A DNA stretch of 64,000 nt from IMG/VR virus record IMGVR_UViG_3300001242_000012; one strand, written 5' to 3'. The position numbers and the translations under genes were made by a program. Below, piece after piece: positions 49,167-58,795 of the stretch; positions within the stretch are counted from its first letter, which is position 1, and every line of letters starts with the position of its first letter. Source of the stretch: a virus. Its lineage: Duplodnaviria > Heunggongvirae > Uroviricota > Caudoviricetes. The notes under the pieces are model-generated. The model had not been told where the DNA came from. It saw only the letters and a program-made list of their open reading frames with translations, and did not search any database.

Positions 49167-50450
49167 GTGTTATCTAATACAAAGATAGATTGTATATATT
49201 TAATGCTTACAGAGAATTGCAATCTGCGTTGTGTTTATTGCTATGAGCAGAGTAAGGCTAGCAGTGTTATGACCTTAAACTTAGCTAAGTCTTCTGTAGA
49301 TATGCTATTTACTTCTGGTAGCAATAAACTGCTAGTGGAACTATTTGGTGGGGAACCACTACTAAACTTTGATGTTATCAAACATATTATCCCATATATA
49401 AGATCTAAGGAAGAAGAAACTGGGAAGCAATGTAAAATTGGTATGTCTACTAACCTAACATTATTAACAGACGATATGATAGATGTAATAGAAGAAATAG
49501 ACGATATCCAATTTAGTATCGACGGTATTGCTAAGGTGCAGAATAAGAACAGACCAATGGCTAACGGTAAAGATTCATTTGATATGGTCGATGTCAACCT
49601 ACCAAAGGTTGCTCGACCATCAATTAACTATTCTGTTCGCATAACGATACAACCAGATAACGTTAAGTACTTAGCTGAAAGTGTCATATTTTATCATAAT
49701 AAGTATGGTATTAATAACATTAAGACACAATGCGTACAAGAAACTACCTGGTCAGAGAAGGAAGTTAAGGAATATCAAAGACAGTTGAGGATGATAAGTG
49801 ACTATATGTATGGGCTTCATAGGTCTGGGAAGTCTTTTACTTTCGATCCACTTAGTCATTATCTTGGTTTACCACCTTACATCAACCCAGATAAGACATG
49901 TGGAGCTGGACATAAATCAATTGGGATAACTCCTAATGGAGACATATATCCATGCCTTAGGTTCTATACTTACGACAGAAACAGAGGAACAGAAGACTAT
50001 AAAATGGGTAGCATTCATACGGGTATTAACTTAGACAAATCTAGTATATTCCGTAGTTATAATAGAAGTAGTTTAGAGAAGTGTTATGAGTGTGAACACG
50101 ATTCATATTGTGATAGGTGTTTAGCCTGTAATCTTGAGGTGTGCGGAGACATGTTTGTAAGTCCTTCAGAACATTGTAAAACCGTAAAGGTTGATAGTAT
50201 AATTGGTAAACAACTTCGAGATAGACTGAACATAGACAATTTACAACAAGAGAAGCTTTCAACTTTAATTGATGGAATGAATAATAAGCTCTCCAGTATA
50301 ATAAGCAGACAAAAGAATACAGAGGATTTATTTAATAGCATAACCCCATCGGTAGATAGTTTGATGGAAAGGTTAATAAACTTAGAAAATACTAATAACA
50401 ACCTACGTCTTGAAGTCGCTGATTTAAAATTAGAACTAAGAAGGAGATAA
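49167..50450 (+). CDS. Radical SAM/SPASM-domain enzyme with C-terminal coiled coil
   Basis: CNLRCVYC (C18/C22/C25), FGGEPLLN, IQFSIDG, CGAG..GITPNGDIYPC, CYECEHDSYCDRCLAC..C SPASM cysteines. Confidence 0.92.
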   Translation: MLSNTKIDCIYLMLTENCNLRCVYCYEQSKASSVMTLNLAKSSVDMLFTSGSNKLLVELFGGEPLLNFDVIKHIIPYIRSKEEETGKQCKIGMSTNLTLLTDDMIDVIEEIDDIQFSIDGIAKVQNKNRPMANGKDSFDMVDVNLPKVARPSINYSVRITIQPDNVKYLAESVIFYHNKYGINNIKTQCVQETTWSEKEVKEYQRQLRMISDYMYGLHRSGKSFTFDPLSHYLGLPPYINPDKTCGAGHKSIGITPNGDIYPCLRFYTYDRNRGTEDYKMGSIHTGINLDKSSIFRSYNRSSLEKCYECEHDSYCDRCLACNLEVCGDMFVSPSEHCKTVKVDSIIGKQLRDRLNIDNLQQEKLSTLIDGMNNKLSSIISRQKNTEDLFNSITPSVDSLMERLINLENTNNNLRLEVADLKLELRRR

Positions 50451-50455
50451 GTTAG

Positions 50456-53400
50456 ATGGCACAATATGGCAAGAATATATACGGAACTTCATATTTCGGA
50501 GTCACCTCTGCTTACTCTGGTCAATACATAACTAATATATTCAATACTGGTAATGTATTAAATGGGTCTGTTAATATAGTTCTAAATACTATATTACCAA
50601 CTGCTACTTATCTCTACAATAGTAGCAACATAATATATAGTGACAATTGGGTTGGTGGTTCGACCAGCGTCCTTAACGCAAAAGCCACTCTAAGTGTTGC
50701 AGCTAGAAATATAATTTTAAATTATAATACTGCATCTGGCACCGCTCAAGTTACTGTCAAGAAGCTAGTTAATGGTTCTGTTGTTAATACTGATGTTGTA
50801 ACTGTGCCTATGACAACTGGAGCCTCGTATGATTTATCATCATATACAAGTTCTTATGCTCAATACGAAGTTGAAATAACGAACACGGATACGAACTCTA
50901 TAAACATAAGTAACTTCGTTTGTGTTGTTACAGATATATCTGTCGAAACTAGTGCAGCTTACGATGACGAAAGCACTCTATATATAGATGAATCCGTATG
51001 GTCAAATTGGGAACTATGTACGCCAGTATACACACATGTTACCGGCAACCAATGGACAGTATCTGCTACATCGTCATCATATTCAAGTAAGAATAGAATA
51101 AAGGCTAAGATACATTTAGCTAGTTCTGATAATCTTCTTACTCCTGAAGTATCTAGGTTCGAACTTAATTCGGGCAACGTTGCTAATCATACGAATACTG
51201 GTAAGTACTTTGCTACGTTTAGATTCGGTCCATCATTTAAAGAATATACAGATATAATTTACACTACTACTACTCCTAGTAGTACTAGGATATATGTTCA
51301 AACTCAATCTTCAAATAATGGTAGTGTTTGGACAATCCTAAGTGCACCATATACGCAAGATGACACTAATCAGATAAGATTAAAGGAAGGAAGCTCGTAT
51401 GGAGAAGTAGTATCTAATGCTATCACTCCTGAAAATCTCACAGTATGGGAAAAGTATCGGACTATAGATTGGAGCGGAACTGTCAATAATGATATTCACG
51501 GTAATATTACAGAGAATATGAAAGTCAGATATCAAATACTAGCTAGTATCGATGGGCAGTGGGTTGATTATTACAGTGGACTTCCATATCAAGGAGCAAG
51601 TAATTGGGCTGATATTACTCAAATGGCTAGCAATCCTATAACAGTACCGATTAAGATTAAGGCTATATTGTCTAGAAGCTCATCCTCATATCCAACACCA
51701 TACGTAAGTGAATTTGAATTACGCTGTAAGTCAACTTATGAAGAGAATGTGATAATACCTGGTGATACATCTTCTGTGGATTCAAATAATACTGGCGATA
51801 AAGAATTAGTTAATTTGGTTGATATATTGGTACTTGCTAGTTCAGACAACCAGCCACATCACGATGGTAAACTCACAATACCTCAAGGGTTAGAACAAGA
51901 GTGTGTGGCTGGAAGAAGTTTGTATCCTGCGTACACGCACATAAATAGGACAGGATTACCTTATGTAACCCTTTATTGGAATAGCAAAGGATATGGATCT
52001 GGCGAATCAACTACACTAAGTCAAACGGATTCCTTGAGGATATACTGTTCTGAAACAAGCAACTCGCAGAATAAGAGATTTTATCAATACGGAGCAGCGT
52101 CAGTAGTATATCCACTTACCAGTGAGATACCAATGTATACTTACTTTATCTGCCCAGGTAACTCTAATGTGATAATGAATGGAAATAAGTTGTATAAGTA
52201 CTTTTTAGAAATGGGATGGGACAGTCCAGGCTATCCTATAGAAGGAAATGTGAATGAAGATGATAGAGTAATAGATATATTTTGGAATAGTTTAAGTACT
52301 GACACACCAAGCGGTAATCCATCTACGTGGAATATGGTTTCAAGTCTTGAAGGAGACAATATCTGTGCGAAGATATACGCTCCAACAGCAGCTGCTCCTA
52401 CCCCATGGGTATCTGAGTCTAAAATAATACAAGGAGCATTTGTCAATGCCAATTCTATAAAGAACAACTATGTCTTGAATGGTATAATTCTACCTGAACT
52501 AGACCCAGAAGCTATATTATCAAATCAACCATATGTGTTGGAAATAGTAGAAGGTAGTGTCAGGTGCAATAACTTTACCATTTCTGATGACATAGTCAAT
52601 GGTGACTCACCAAGACTACCACATACTCTGACAATTGTAAAATTTGATAACACATTAGAGATAATGCATCTTATGACTAGAGGTTCTGGAGACACCGATG
52701 TTCTTCCGAATAACTTTATTACCAGTATAGACGGAGTATATGATTCGCCCTATGTATCAGATCCGTTATTCGTAGACTATATAAAGGATATCGATTATAC
52801 TCAGAACGGAAATTACATCGATTGGTCGTTAAATGAAAGGAAACCAGCAGCCGAAGCAAAGTATTATATCTCATATAAGTATACAGATTATAGGTATGCT
52901 AACGTAGTATTCTCTTGCGATTACACAGAACCTATAATACAGAACGATATATGGGTTAGTAATGTAGTAACTTGTAGCGGTAAGAAGGTATCTTCTGGCA
53001 ACGACATGATAGAAGCTATACCTGATATTGAAATTCCAGACAATATAAATACAGACACCTTAGTATATATAGTAGACAGTAACAACATTTGGGTTAAGAC
53101 ATACATTAAAGATGGCAATGTAGTTGGTACGCTCAACAACCTAAACCCTAAGGACAATTGGTTACCTCAGGTACATAATGGGTTCTATTATATTAACAAG
53201 CAAAGATACTTTATGTATGCAGAACCAGAAATAATTATTATTGGTGATGAACATATGCCTTTGTCTAGCGATATTAGTTATGTGGATGGAAGATATGAGA
53301 AGGGTGCTAATACCGACCATGAAAATGCTATCATAACTTATCCCATGCATTACAATTATTCTAATCCTGGTGGAATATCATTATGGTTTAAGTCTAATAC

Positions 53401-54835
53401 AACAATGGATGGGGCTATGACATCCAGTCCTGTATTCTTTGAAGTATGGGAAGACGCGAGTAATTATATTGTTCTTAAATATGAGAATGGATCAATAAAG
53501 TTTGTTTCTATGAATGACTCATTATTACAGGATATCTCCTATACTTTCTCAGATTCACTGAGTGCGTGGAACCATTTAGCTGTGACATGGAATAATTTAA
53601 CTGGTAATGTCAACATGTATGTTAACGATATTCATAGCAGTAGCCCCATGTCTATATCGTTATTTGATGGTAGGAACAGCGATGGCACACATAAGACGAA
53701 ATCATTATGTATTGGAAATTCTAGAAACTCACTCGGAGATAACTGTAACTGTATCCTAGATGACTTAGTAATGTTTAAGTACGCTCCCTCCACAGAGACC
53801 ATCAGTAGTATATACACCTCTACTACATTAGACTTTGATTCCAATCTTATGACTATGAAATGTGGATTTGAGGGGAACATAAATGAAACCTTCGATGGGT
53901 CATTCGTAGCTATTAATCCAGCTCCTCAACAAAGAGCACCCTTAGTGATACAGAAACAAGATGGTACTCCACTACGCAAGGTATCTTTTTCTGATGAAAC
54001 AACTGGTGAATATACAACATATAATACAGAGGAATTCATCAGTGATGGAACCAATAAGATTATTTTAACTTTTTCTGATCTAGAGGTTGACAAGTTTAGA
54101 ACAGTAGTGTATAATGATAAGAACAGTATAATAGGAGATCCCTTGTCCATAAATGGTAGTGAAGTAACAATGACATTAACTTCCGATGAGGCTGAAGCAT
54201 TAAAAGGAAAGAGGTTAAAGGTTATATACCAGTTGAGAGACTGTTATATATGGGATTCTAACGGAAAATATGGAGCCGCATATATTCGCCTAGGTCAGAA
54301 TACAGGCGAACCACTCACTATAACTTACGAGAAAAACTCTCTCAATTACTCTCTAGCGAACACAGCAGAGCTAAACCCACTCTATAATCCTAATCATAAT
54401 GGATTCATGTATATAACAAATGACTTAAGCGAATTAAGTCATTTCAGAGTAAATCTAAGCCCAAGTAATCTATTGTGTAATGGAGTAGATATGTCTACTA
54501 TCATAATAGAAACAGTTGATAAACACGGTAATCCTACTAATAATGTAGACTTAGAGCTGTCTATGAATAAGATAGCACTTGTATCTGGTAATCGGATCAC
54601 TGGAGGACTTATTAAATACATTGTTGGAGATACCGTTGAGCTAAAGAACACAGGCTCATCTTATTCAACCAATAGTGTAGCTGGTAGGCATATCTACATG
54701 TATACAGCGCCTAAGATAAGTCATGAAGAACTTCCAGACGCAACGTATAACAAGATAACAATATACGATTCTATTAGTGGTCTTGGAACAGAAATCAAAA
54801 TAAGGTTAATGACTATTAATGAATATGGAATGTGA
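50456..54835 (+). CDS. Large tail/baseplate structural protein with LamG-like and Ig-like domains
   Basis: N-terminal YG..YG..YFG; GGISLWFK..WNHLAVTW..LDDLVMF (LamG-like); LSPSNL..STIIIETVDKHGNP (Big_1-like). Confidence 0.65.
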   Translation: MAQYGKNIYGTSYFGVTSAYSGQYITNIFNTGNVLNGSVNIVLNTILPTATYLYNSSNIIYSDNWVGGSTSVLNAKATLSVAARNIILNYNTASGTAQVTVKKLVNGSVVNTDVVTVPMTTGASYDLSSYTSSYAQYEVEITNTDTNSINISNFVCVVTDISVETSAAYDDESTLYIDESVWSNWELCTPVYTHVTGNQWTVSATSSSYSSKNRIKAKIHLASSDNLLTPEVSRFELNSGNVANHTNTGKYFATFRFGPSFKEYTDIIYTTTTPSSTRIYVQTQSSNNGSVWTILSAPYTQDDTNQIRLKEGSSYGEVVSNAITPENLTVWEKYRTIDWSGTVNNDIHGNITENMKVRYQILASIDGQWVDYYSGLPYQGASNWADITQMASNPITVPIKIKAILSRSSSSYPTPYVSEFELRCKSTYEENVIIPGDTSSVDSNNTGDKELVNLVDILVLASSDNQPHHDGKLTIPQGLEQECVAGRSLYPAYTHINRTGLPYVTLYWNSKGYGSGESTTLSQTDSLRIYCSETSNSQNKRFYQYGAASVVYPLTSEIPMYTYFICPGNSNVIMNGNKLYKYFLEMGWDSPGYPIEGNVNEDDRVIDIFWNSLSTDTPSGNPSTWNMVSSLEGDNICAKIYAPTAAAPTPWVSESKIIQGAFVNANSIKNNYVLNGIILPELDPEAILSNQPYVLEIVEGSVRCNNFTISDDIVNGDSPRLPHTLTIVKFDNTLEIMHLMTRGSGDTDVLPNNFITSIDGVYDSPYVSDPLFVDYIKDIDYTQNGNYIDWSLNERKPAAEAKYYISYKYTDYRYANVVFSCDYTEPIIQNDIWVSNVVTCSGKKVSSGNDMIEAIPDIEIPDNINTDTLVYIVDSNNIWVKTYIKDGNVVGTLNNLNPKDNWLPQVHNGFYYINKQRYFMYAEPEIIIIGDEHMPLSSDISYVDGRYEKGANTDHENAIITYPMHYNYSNPGGISLWFKSNTTMDGAMTSSPVFFEVWEDASNYIVLKYENGSIKFVSMNDSLLQDISYTFSDSLSAWNHLAVTWNNLTGNVNMYVNDIHSSSPMSISLFDGRNSDGTHKTKSLCIGNSRNSLGDNCNCILDDLVMFKYAPSTETISSIYTSTTLDFDSNLMTMKCGFEGNINETFDGSFVAINPAPQQRAPLVIQKQDGTPLRKVSFSDETTGEYTTYNTEEFISDGTNKIILTFSDLEVDKFRTVVYNDKNSIIGDPLSINGSEVTMTLTSDEAEALKGKRLKVIYQLRDCYIWDSNGKYGAAYIRLGQNTGEPLTITYEKNSLNYSLANTAELNPLYNPNHNGFMYITNDLSELSHFRVNLSPSNLLCNGVDMSTIIIETVDKHGNPTNNVDLELSMNKIALVSGNRITGGLIKYIVGDTVELKNTGSSYSTNSVAGRHIYMYTAPKISHEELPDATYNKITIYDSISGLGTEIKIRLMTINEYGM

Positions 54836-54844
54836 GGGTAATAC

Positions 54845-57800
54845 ATGAAGACAATACCCTATAAAGAAGAATTATCTCCTGGAGTATATTCATTACGCGT
54901 AGGCAAGAAGGTACCTCCAAGTGCTGTTAATCTTGCCTACGTTCATTCGCCCTCTATATCACCACAAGCTAATATCATAATAGAGGACTATTCGGGACAA
55001 ATCCCTGAGAATGTTAGTAATGGAGAAACTATAAACTTTTTAGCTCGTCCTGATGCTAGCTTCCTTCTATACTGTAATGGAGAAACTGAATTCACATCTG
55101 ACAATATAGAAATCACTGATGAATTCTCATTAATTGAGAATTATAATTATGAGCCTCAACCACTATATTATAAGTCTGTAACTACTCAAAATTTTAATAT
55201 AGACGGGATTAGTGAGCTATTGCCATACAATGGAGGCTATGTTACAATCCCTACATATGAGCTTAGCAATGGAACAATAGACAAAACTAAGAAGCTAGTG
55301 TATATAGGCAATAAGATATCTATAGGTAGATCAGATGGGGTCGAGTTATCAATTACTCATAAATACAAGGTTATACTAATACCAGTTCAAGATGGTATGG
55401 AGAATGAATTCCAAATTGAGATATACACTAATTTTAGGAATACAGATAATGAGACCTATACAATAACATATCAAAAGTATAATGATGATATTGCATCTAC
55501 AACAGAAATTCTTAATGCTTCATTGTTCTTTGGTAAGTTAGATAAAGGTGAATTTGAAGATTTAAAGGAATTAGCTTTAAACCCTACAGACGGAGATGGA
55601 GAATGGTTACCAGAACTAAATAACAAAGTATATTATGTTGAACAAGTAGGTAACGCTGATAAATATAGAGTGTATGCTCCTAGTCAAGTCATAGTTAAAG
55701 ATTCTGCAGATAGACCAATACAAACCTTTAGGTATCAAGTCGAAGCTAATCTCAACGTAAATTATAATACAGAAAATCCTACAGGAATGAATATAGGTGT
55801 GTATTATAATAACGCCTACCATGATTCATCCTATGAATCAGTTGGACAATGCCTTCAAAATATAGCTAACTCCCAGTTAGTTCCTAGTTACGTTACCTTC
55901 AACAATCCTTATTCCCCAACTAATACAGCAGACTATAGGTACTGGTATGTAGACATAAGTCAGCCAGCAGACGTATTAAAGCTATATGATATTATTATCA
56001 TAACAGGCTACGGTCCATTAGACTTAACTTATTATGGTCATGAGCTAATGTATTACATTAAGAACGGCGGTAAGGTATGGATAGATAGTTGTTCTAGCGG
56101 TCCAGGAGCTCTTAATTTAAGGAACTGGCCACAAGGAAATGACACGTCCGTAACATTTGACACTACATCAACATCTACTGGATATTTGAAAGCCGTTACT
56201 CCTAACTCAAAATATTTTAATAGATATCACAATATACCAATTGGCGATAATAATAGAATTGATATCGGCTATTCTAACAATGGATACGTAGGTGCATATA
56301 TAAACATACCCAGCAATGAAACTTGGACACCTATTGTTATTTGGAGCGATGATGTTAACGATATTGGTATTGCTTATAGGAAGATAGGGAATGGAACATT
56401 ATTAATATCTAATTGCGGAATAATGAGATCTATTAGTGTGAGCAATGAAGTATCGACCAAGTTCTGTATTAATACTTTACTTGCCTTATCTGAGGACATT
56501 TGGATTAAGACTCCTCAATTAATAGATCAGGCTATTCATATAGACAACCTATTTTCACAAGAATATATACAAAATGGAAGAACAATATATGAAGTCGGAG
56601 CTATTGATCAATCATCTACCACCATAGTTGCCCGTAAGATAATATCAACTACATGTAGAGAAGCTATGCTTCCATATATGCCACACAAATATCATAATGG
56701 TGTTGGAACATTTATTGTAACGCCAAGCATATATAGTAATAATGTTTTCACTACTATCCAAGATAATATACGAATGACCGAGTCTAATAATGGCTCAGTA
56801 AAATTATGGGCTTACTCCTTAGTACCTGGAAACAATGATTTAGACTTTACCAGTAGTGACATGGTAGATACGGATATAACTATTTTTCATCCTAACGTTG
56901 AGTTTACGTGGTCTATAACACCATACACATATGAGTGGGACAACGTAGGAAACTATCGTTATGTATGGGGTAACACCTCATATACTAAAATAGACTCTAT
57001 CAGCAAAGTAGACGGTAAGGTTGTTCTTAGCAGTCTCAGATCTGTTCTGCCTGGAACGCCAAGTGGAACGATATGGAATAATCCTAATAGGATATTTTAT
57101 AAACTATGGTTGGGTAAAGTAGTTAATGGAGTTCAAGAAGAGTCTGTATCTCCAGTTAACATTGCTTTCTACAATAGGAATACTGGTGAATATATCTATG
57201 ATTTAAGCGGAGAAAACAAGATAGCGTATAATTACTTATTCACAATGGACGAGTTAGAGAATATATTCATACATGCTTGGACAGATTACTATACCTTGAG
57301 GGCGTCTAAGAGAACATTCTCTGTTAAGCAAAATAATAACGGTAACATATATGTGGATTATCCTAGTACAGAAGATGAGAGAGATTGCTGGTTTCTCAGA
57401 GTTAATGGTAGGTTTAGCAAGTTTAATCGTGATTTCTATTCTGACGGTAATCGCACAACTACTCCTGAGAAATGTGTATACAAGATTCCAGAATATGAAA
57501 GACAACATTTTAATCCTGCTATTCCATTTATAAGTGTGAACGACGATAAGACAGTATATATCGATAATCATAAAGTTAAAATTAATAATGGTGGTTTAAA
57601 GGTTGACGATCTAACTCCTATAAAGCTAATTCGTAGAAAGTATTCTAACAATCCTATGTTCAGAGAGAAGTTAATCACTAGTGATAATACTCATTTTACT
57701 AGTGATCATACTAACTGGTTGAGTATTCCACTTCCAATAATACTAGAGTATACACCTAATAGTGGATACACACCTTTGAGTTCCAATGAGTATTCAATTG

Positions 57801-58576
57801 ATTACGAAAATGGTTCAGTTACTATGATAAGACAACATGGCAATAACATATATGCTACATATAGATATTGCGAGGAAGATGAGCTAACTATATTGGATAT
57901 AGATACTTGTAACGGTATCATAATAGTAGCAGAAGAAATAGACTATACTGATGAGATATATGCTGATTATTTTTATGAGGAAAACTTTTATACGTACAAA
58001 GGCTACTGGGATGGTAATGAGTTTTGGTATCTAGACCTTAATCCTTCAGAAGGCCACGTAACTAGGTATCCGCTTGTCAAAGATAACTTAGTAATTAATT
58101 CACTCATCCCCACATCAGAAATAATAAACAAATCAATCTATATATATCTTTTACCATACGAAGTTGACGGAAGAGAGATAAGCAAATGGACAGTAAGACA
58201 TACCTTCTCTAGTGAACTATTTAGTTCTATATGCTCTGTCGAACCTAGGGTATTGTTACTAGCTATCATACAAATACGTGAGAATGCAACCGTAGATGAT
58301 GTCATGGTCATGGATACAAGAACTAGAGGCGGAGGAATAAAGAGTACTATTACTAATAGTAAAATATATCAAACTCAACCACTTGCGCAACACTATTGGG
58401 ATATAGGATCGTGGGATGGATTAGCATACCAAAGTAATGGAGTAATAATAATTAAAATACCAAAAAGATTGTTAGATGGCGATAACGGAAGAGCACCGAT
58501 GACCGACTCGCAGATTAAGGAAATGGTTGGTAAGTACTTACCGTACGGAACCTTCCCAATAATTGAGTATGTATAG
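54845..58576 (+). CDS. Large baseplate/tail structural protein
   Basis: 1243 aa, beta-rich; YDIIIITG..YIKNGGKVWID flavodoxin/GATase-like insert; C-terminal DTRTRGGG, YWDIG.WDG. Confidence 0.6.
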   Translation: MKTIPYKEELSPGVYSLRVGKKVPPSAVNLAYVHSPSISPQANIIIEDYSGQIPENVSNGETINFLARPDASFLLYCNGETEFTSDNIEITDEFSLIENYNYEPQPLYYKSVTTQNFNIDGISELLPYNGGYVTIPTYELSNGTIDKTKKLVYIGNKISIGRSDGVELSITHKYKVILIPVQDGMENEFQIEIYTNFRNTDNETYTITYQKYNDDIASTTEILNASLFFGKLDKGEFEDLKELALNPTDGDGEWLPELNNKVYYVEQVGNADKYRVYAPSQVIVKDSADRPIQTFRYQVEANLNVNYNTENPTGMNIGVYYNNAYHDSSYESVGQCLQNIANSQLVPSYVTFNNPYSPTNTADYRYWYVDISQPADVLKLYDIIIITGYGPLDLTYYGHELMYYIKNGGKVWIDSCSSGPGALNLRNWPQGNDTSVTFDTTSTSTGYLKAVTPNSKYFNRYHNIPIGDNNRIDIGYSNNGYVGAYINIPSNETWTPIVIWSDDVNDIGIAYRKIGNGTLLISNCGIMRSISVSNEVSTKFCINTLLALSEDIWIKTPQLIDQAIHIDNLFSQEYIQNGRTIYEVGAIDQSSTTIVARKIISTTCREAMLPYMPHKYHNGVGTFIVTPSIYSNNVFTTIQDNIRMTESNNGSVKLWAYSLVPGNNDLDFTSSDMVDTDITIFHPNVEFTWSITPYTYEWDNVGNYRYVWGNTSYTKIDSISKVDGKVVLSSLRSVLPGTPSGTIWNNPNRIFYKLWLGKVVNGVQEESVSPVNIAFYNRNTGEYIYDLSGENKIAYNYLFTMDELENIFIHAWTDYYTLRASKRTFSVKQNNNGNIYVDYPSTEDERDCWFLRVNGRFSKFNRDFYSDGNRTTTPEKCVYKIPEYERQHFNPAIPFISVNDDKTVYIDNHKVKINNGGLKVDDLTPIKLIRRKYSNNPMFREKLITSDNTHFTSDHTNWLSIPLPIILEYTPNSGYTPLSSNEYSIDYENGSVTMIRQHGNNIYATYRYCEEDELTILDIDTCNGIIIVAEEIDYTDEIYADYFYEENFYTYKGYWDGNEFWYLDLNPSEGHVTRYPLVKDNLVINSLIPTSEIINKSIYIYLLPYEVDGREISKWTVRHTFSSELFSSICSVEPRVLLLAIIQIRENATVDDVMVMDTRTRGGGIKSTITNSKIYQTQPLAQHYWDIGSWDGLAYQSNGVIIIKIPKRLLDGDNGRAPMTDSQIKEMVGKYLPYGTFPIIEYV

Positions 58577-58590
58577 AGGAGAGAGACAAT

Positions 58591-58782
58591 ATGATTCCAG
58601 TCAATACACCTCTTGGCTTAACATATAAATACAATGCAGAAACCAATAAGACAGAAATATGTTGGTCATACCTACAGGATTCGGATACGACTCATTTTAT
58701 TCTAGAATACTGGAATGATGATGAACGCAAATTTAAAGCATATGACGGTAGATATGGTATAATACCTAGGAGTAAAATATAA
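58591..58782 (+). CDS. Small hypothetical protein (FN3-like strands)
   Basis: 63 aa, RBS GAGGAG; PLGL..ICWS..HFILEYW. Confidence 0.5.
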   Translation: MIPVNTPLGLTYKYNAETNKTEICWSYLQDSDTTHFILEYWNDDERKFKAYDGRYGIIPRSKI

Positions 58783-58795
58783 GAGGTGAGATTCA

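Noticed and set aside
194-58000. Other minus-strand and nested + strand ORFs in the track
   Set aside because: All lie within long, motif-bearing + strand genes and lack recognisable domains or RBSs
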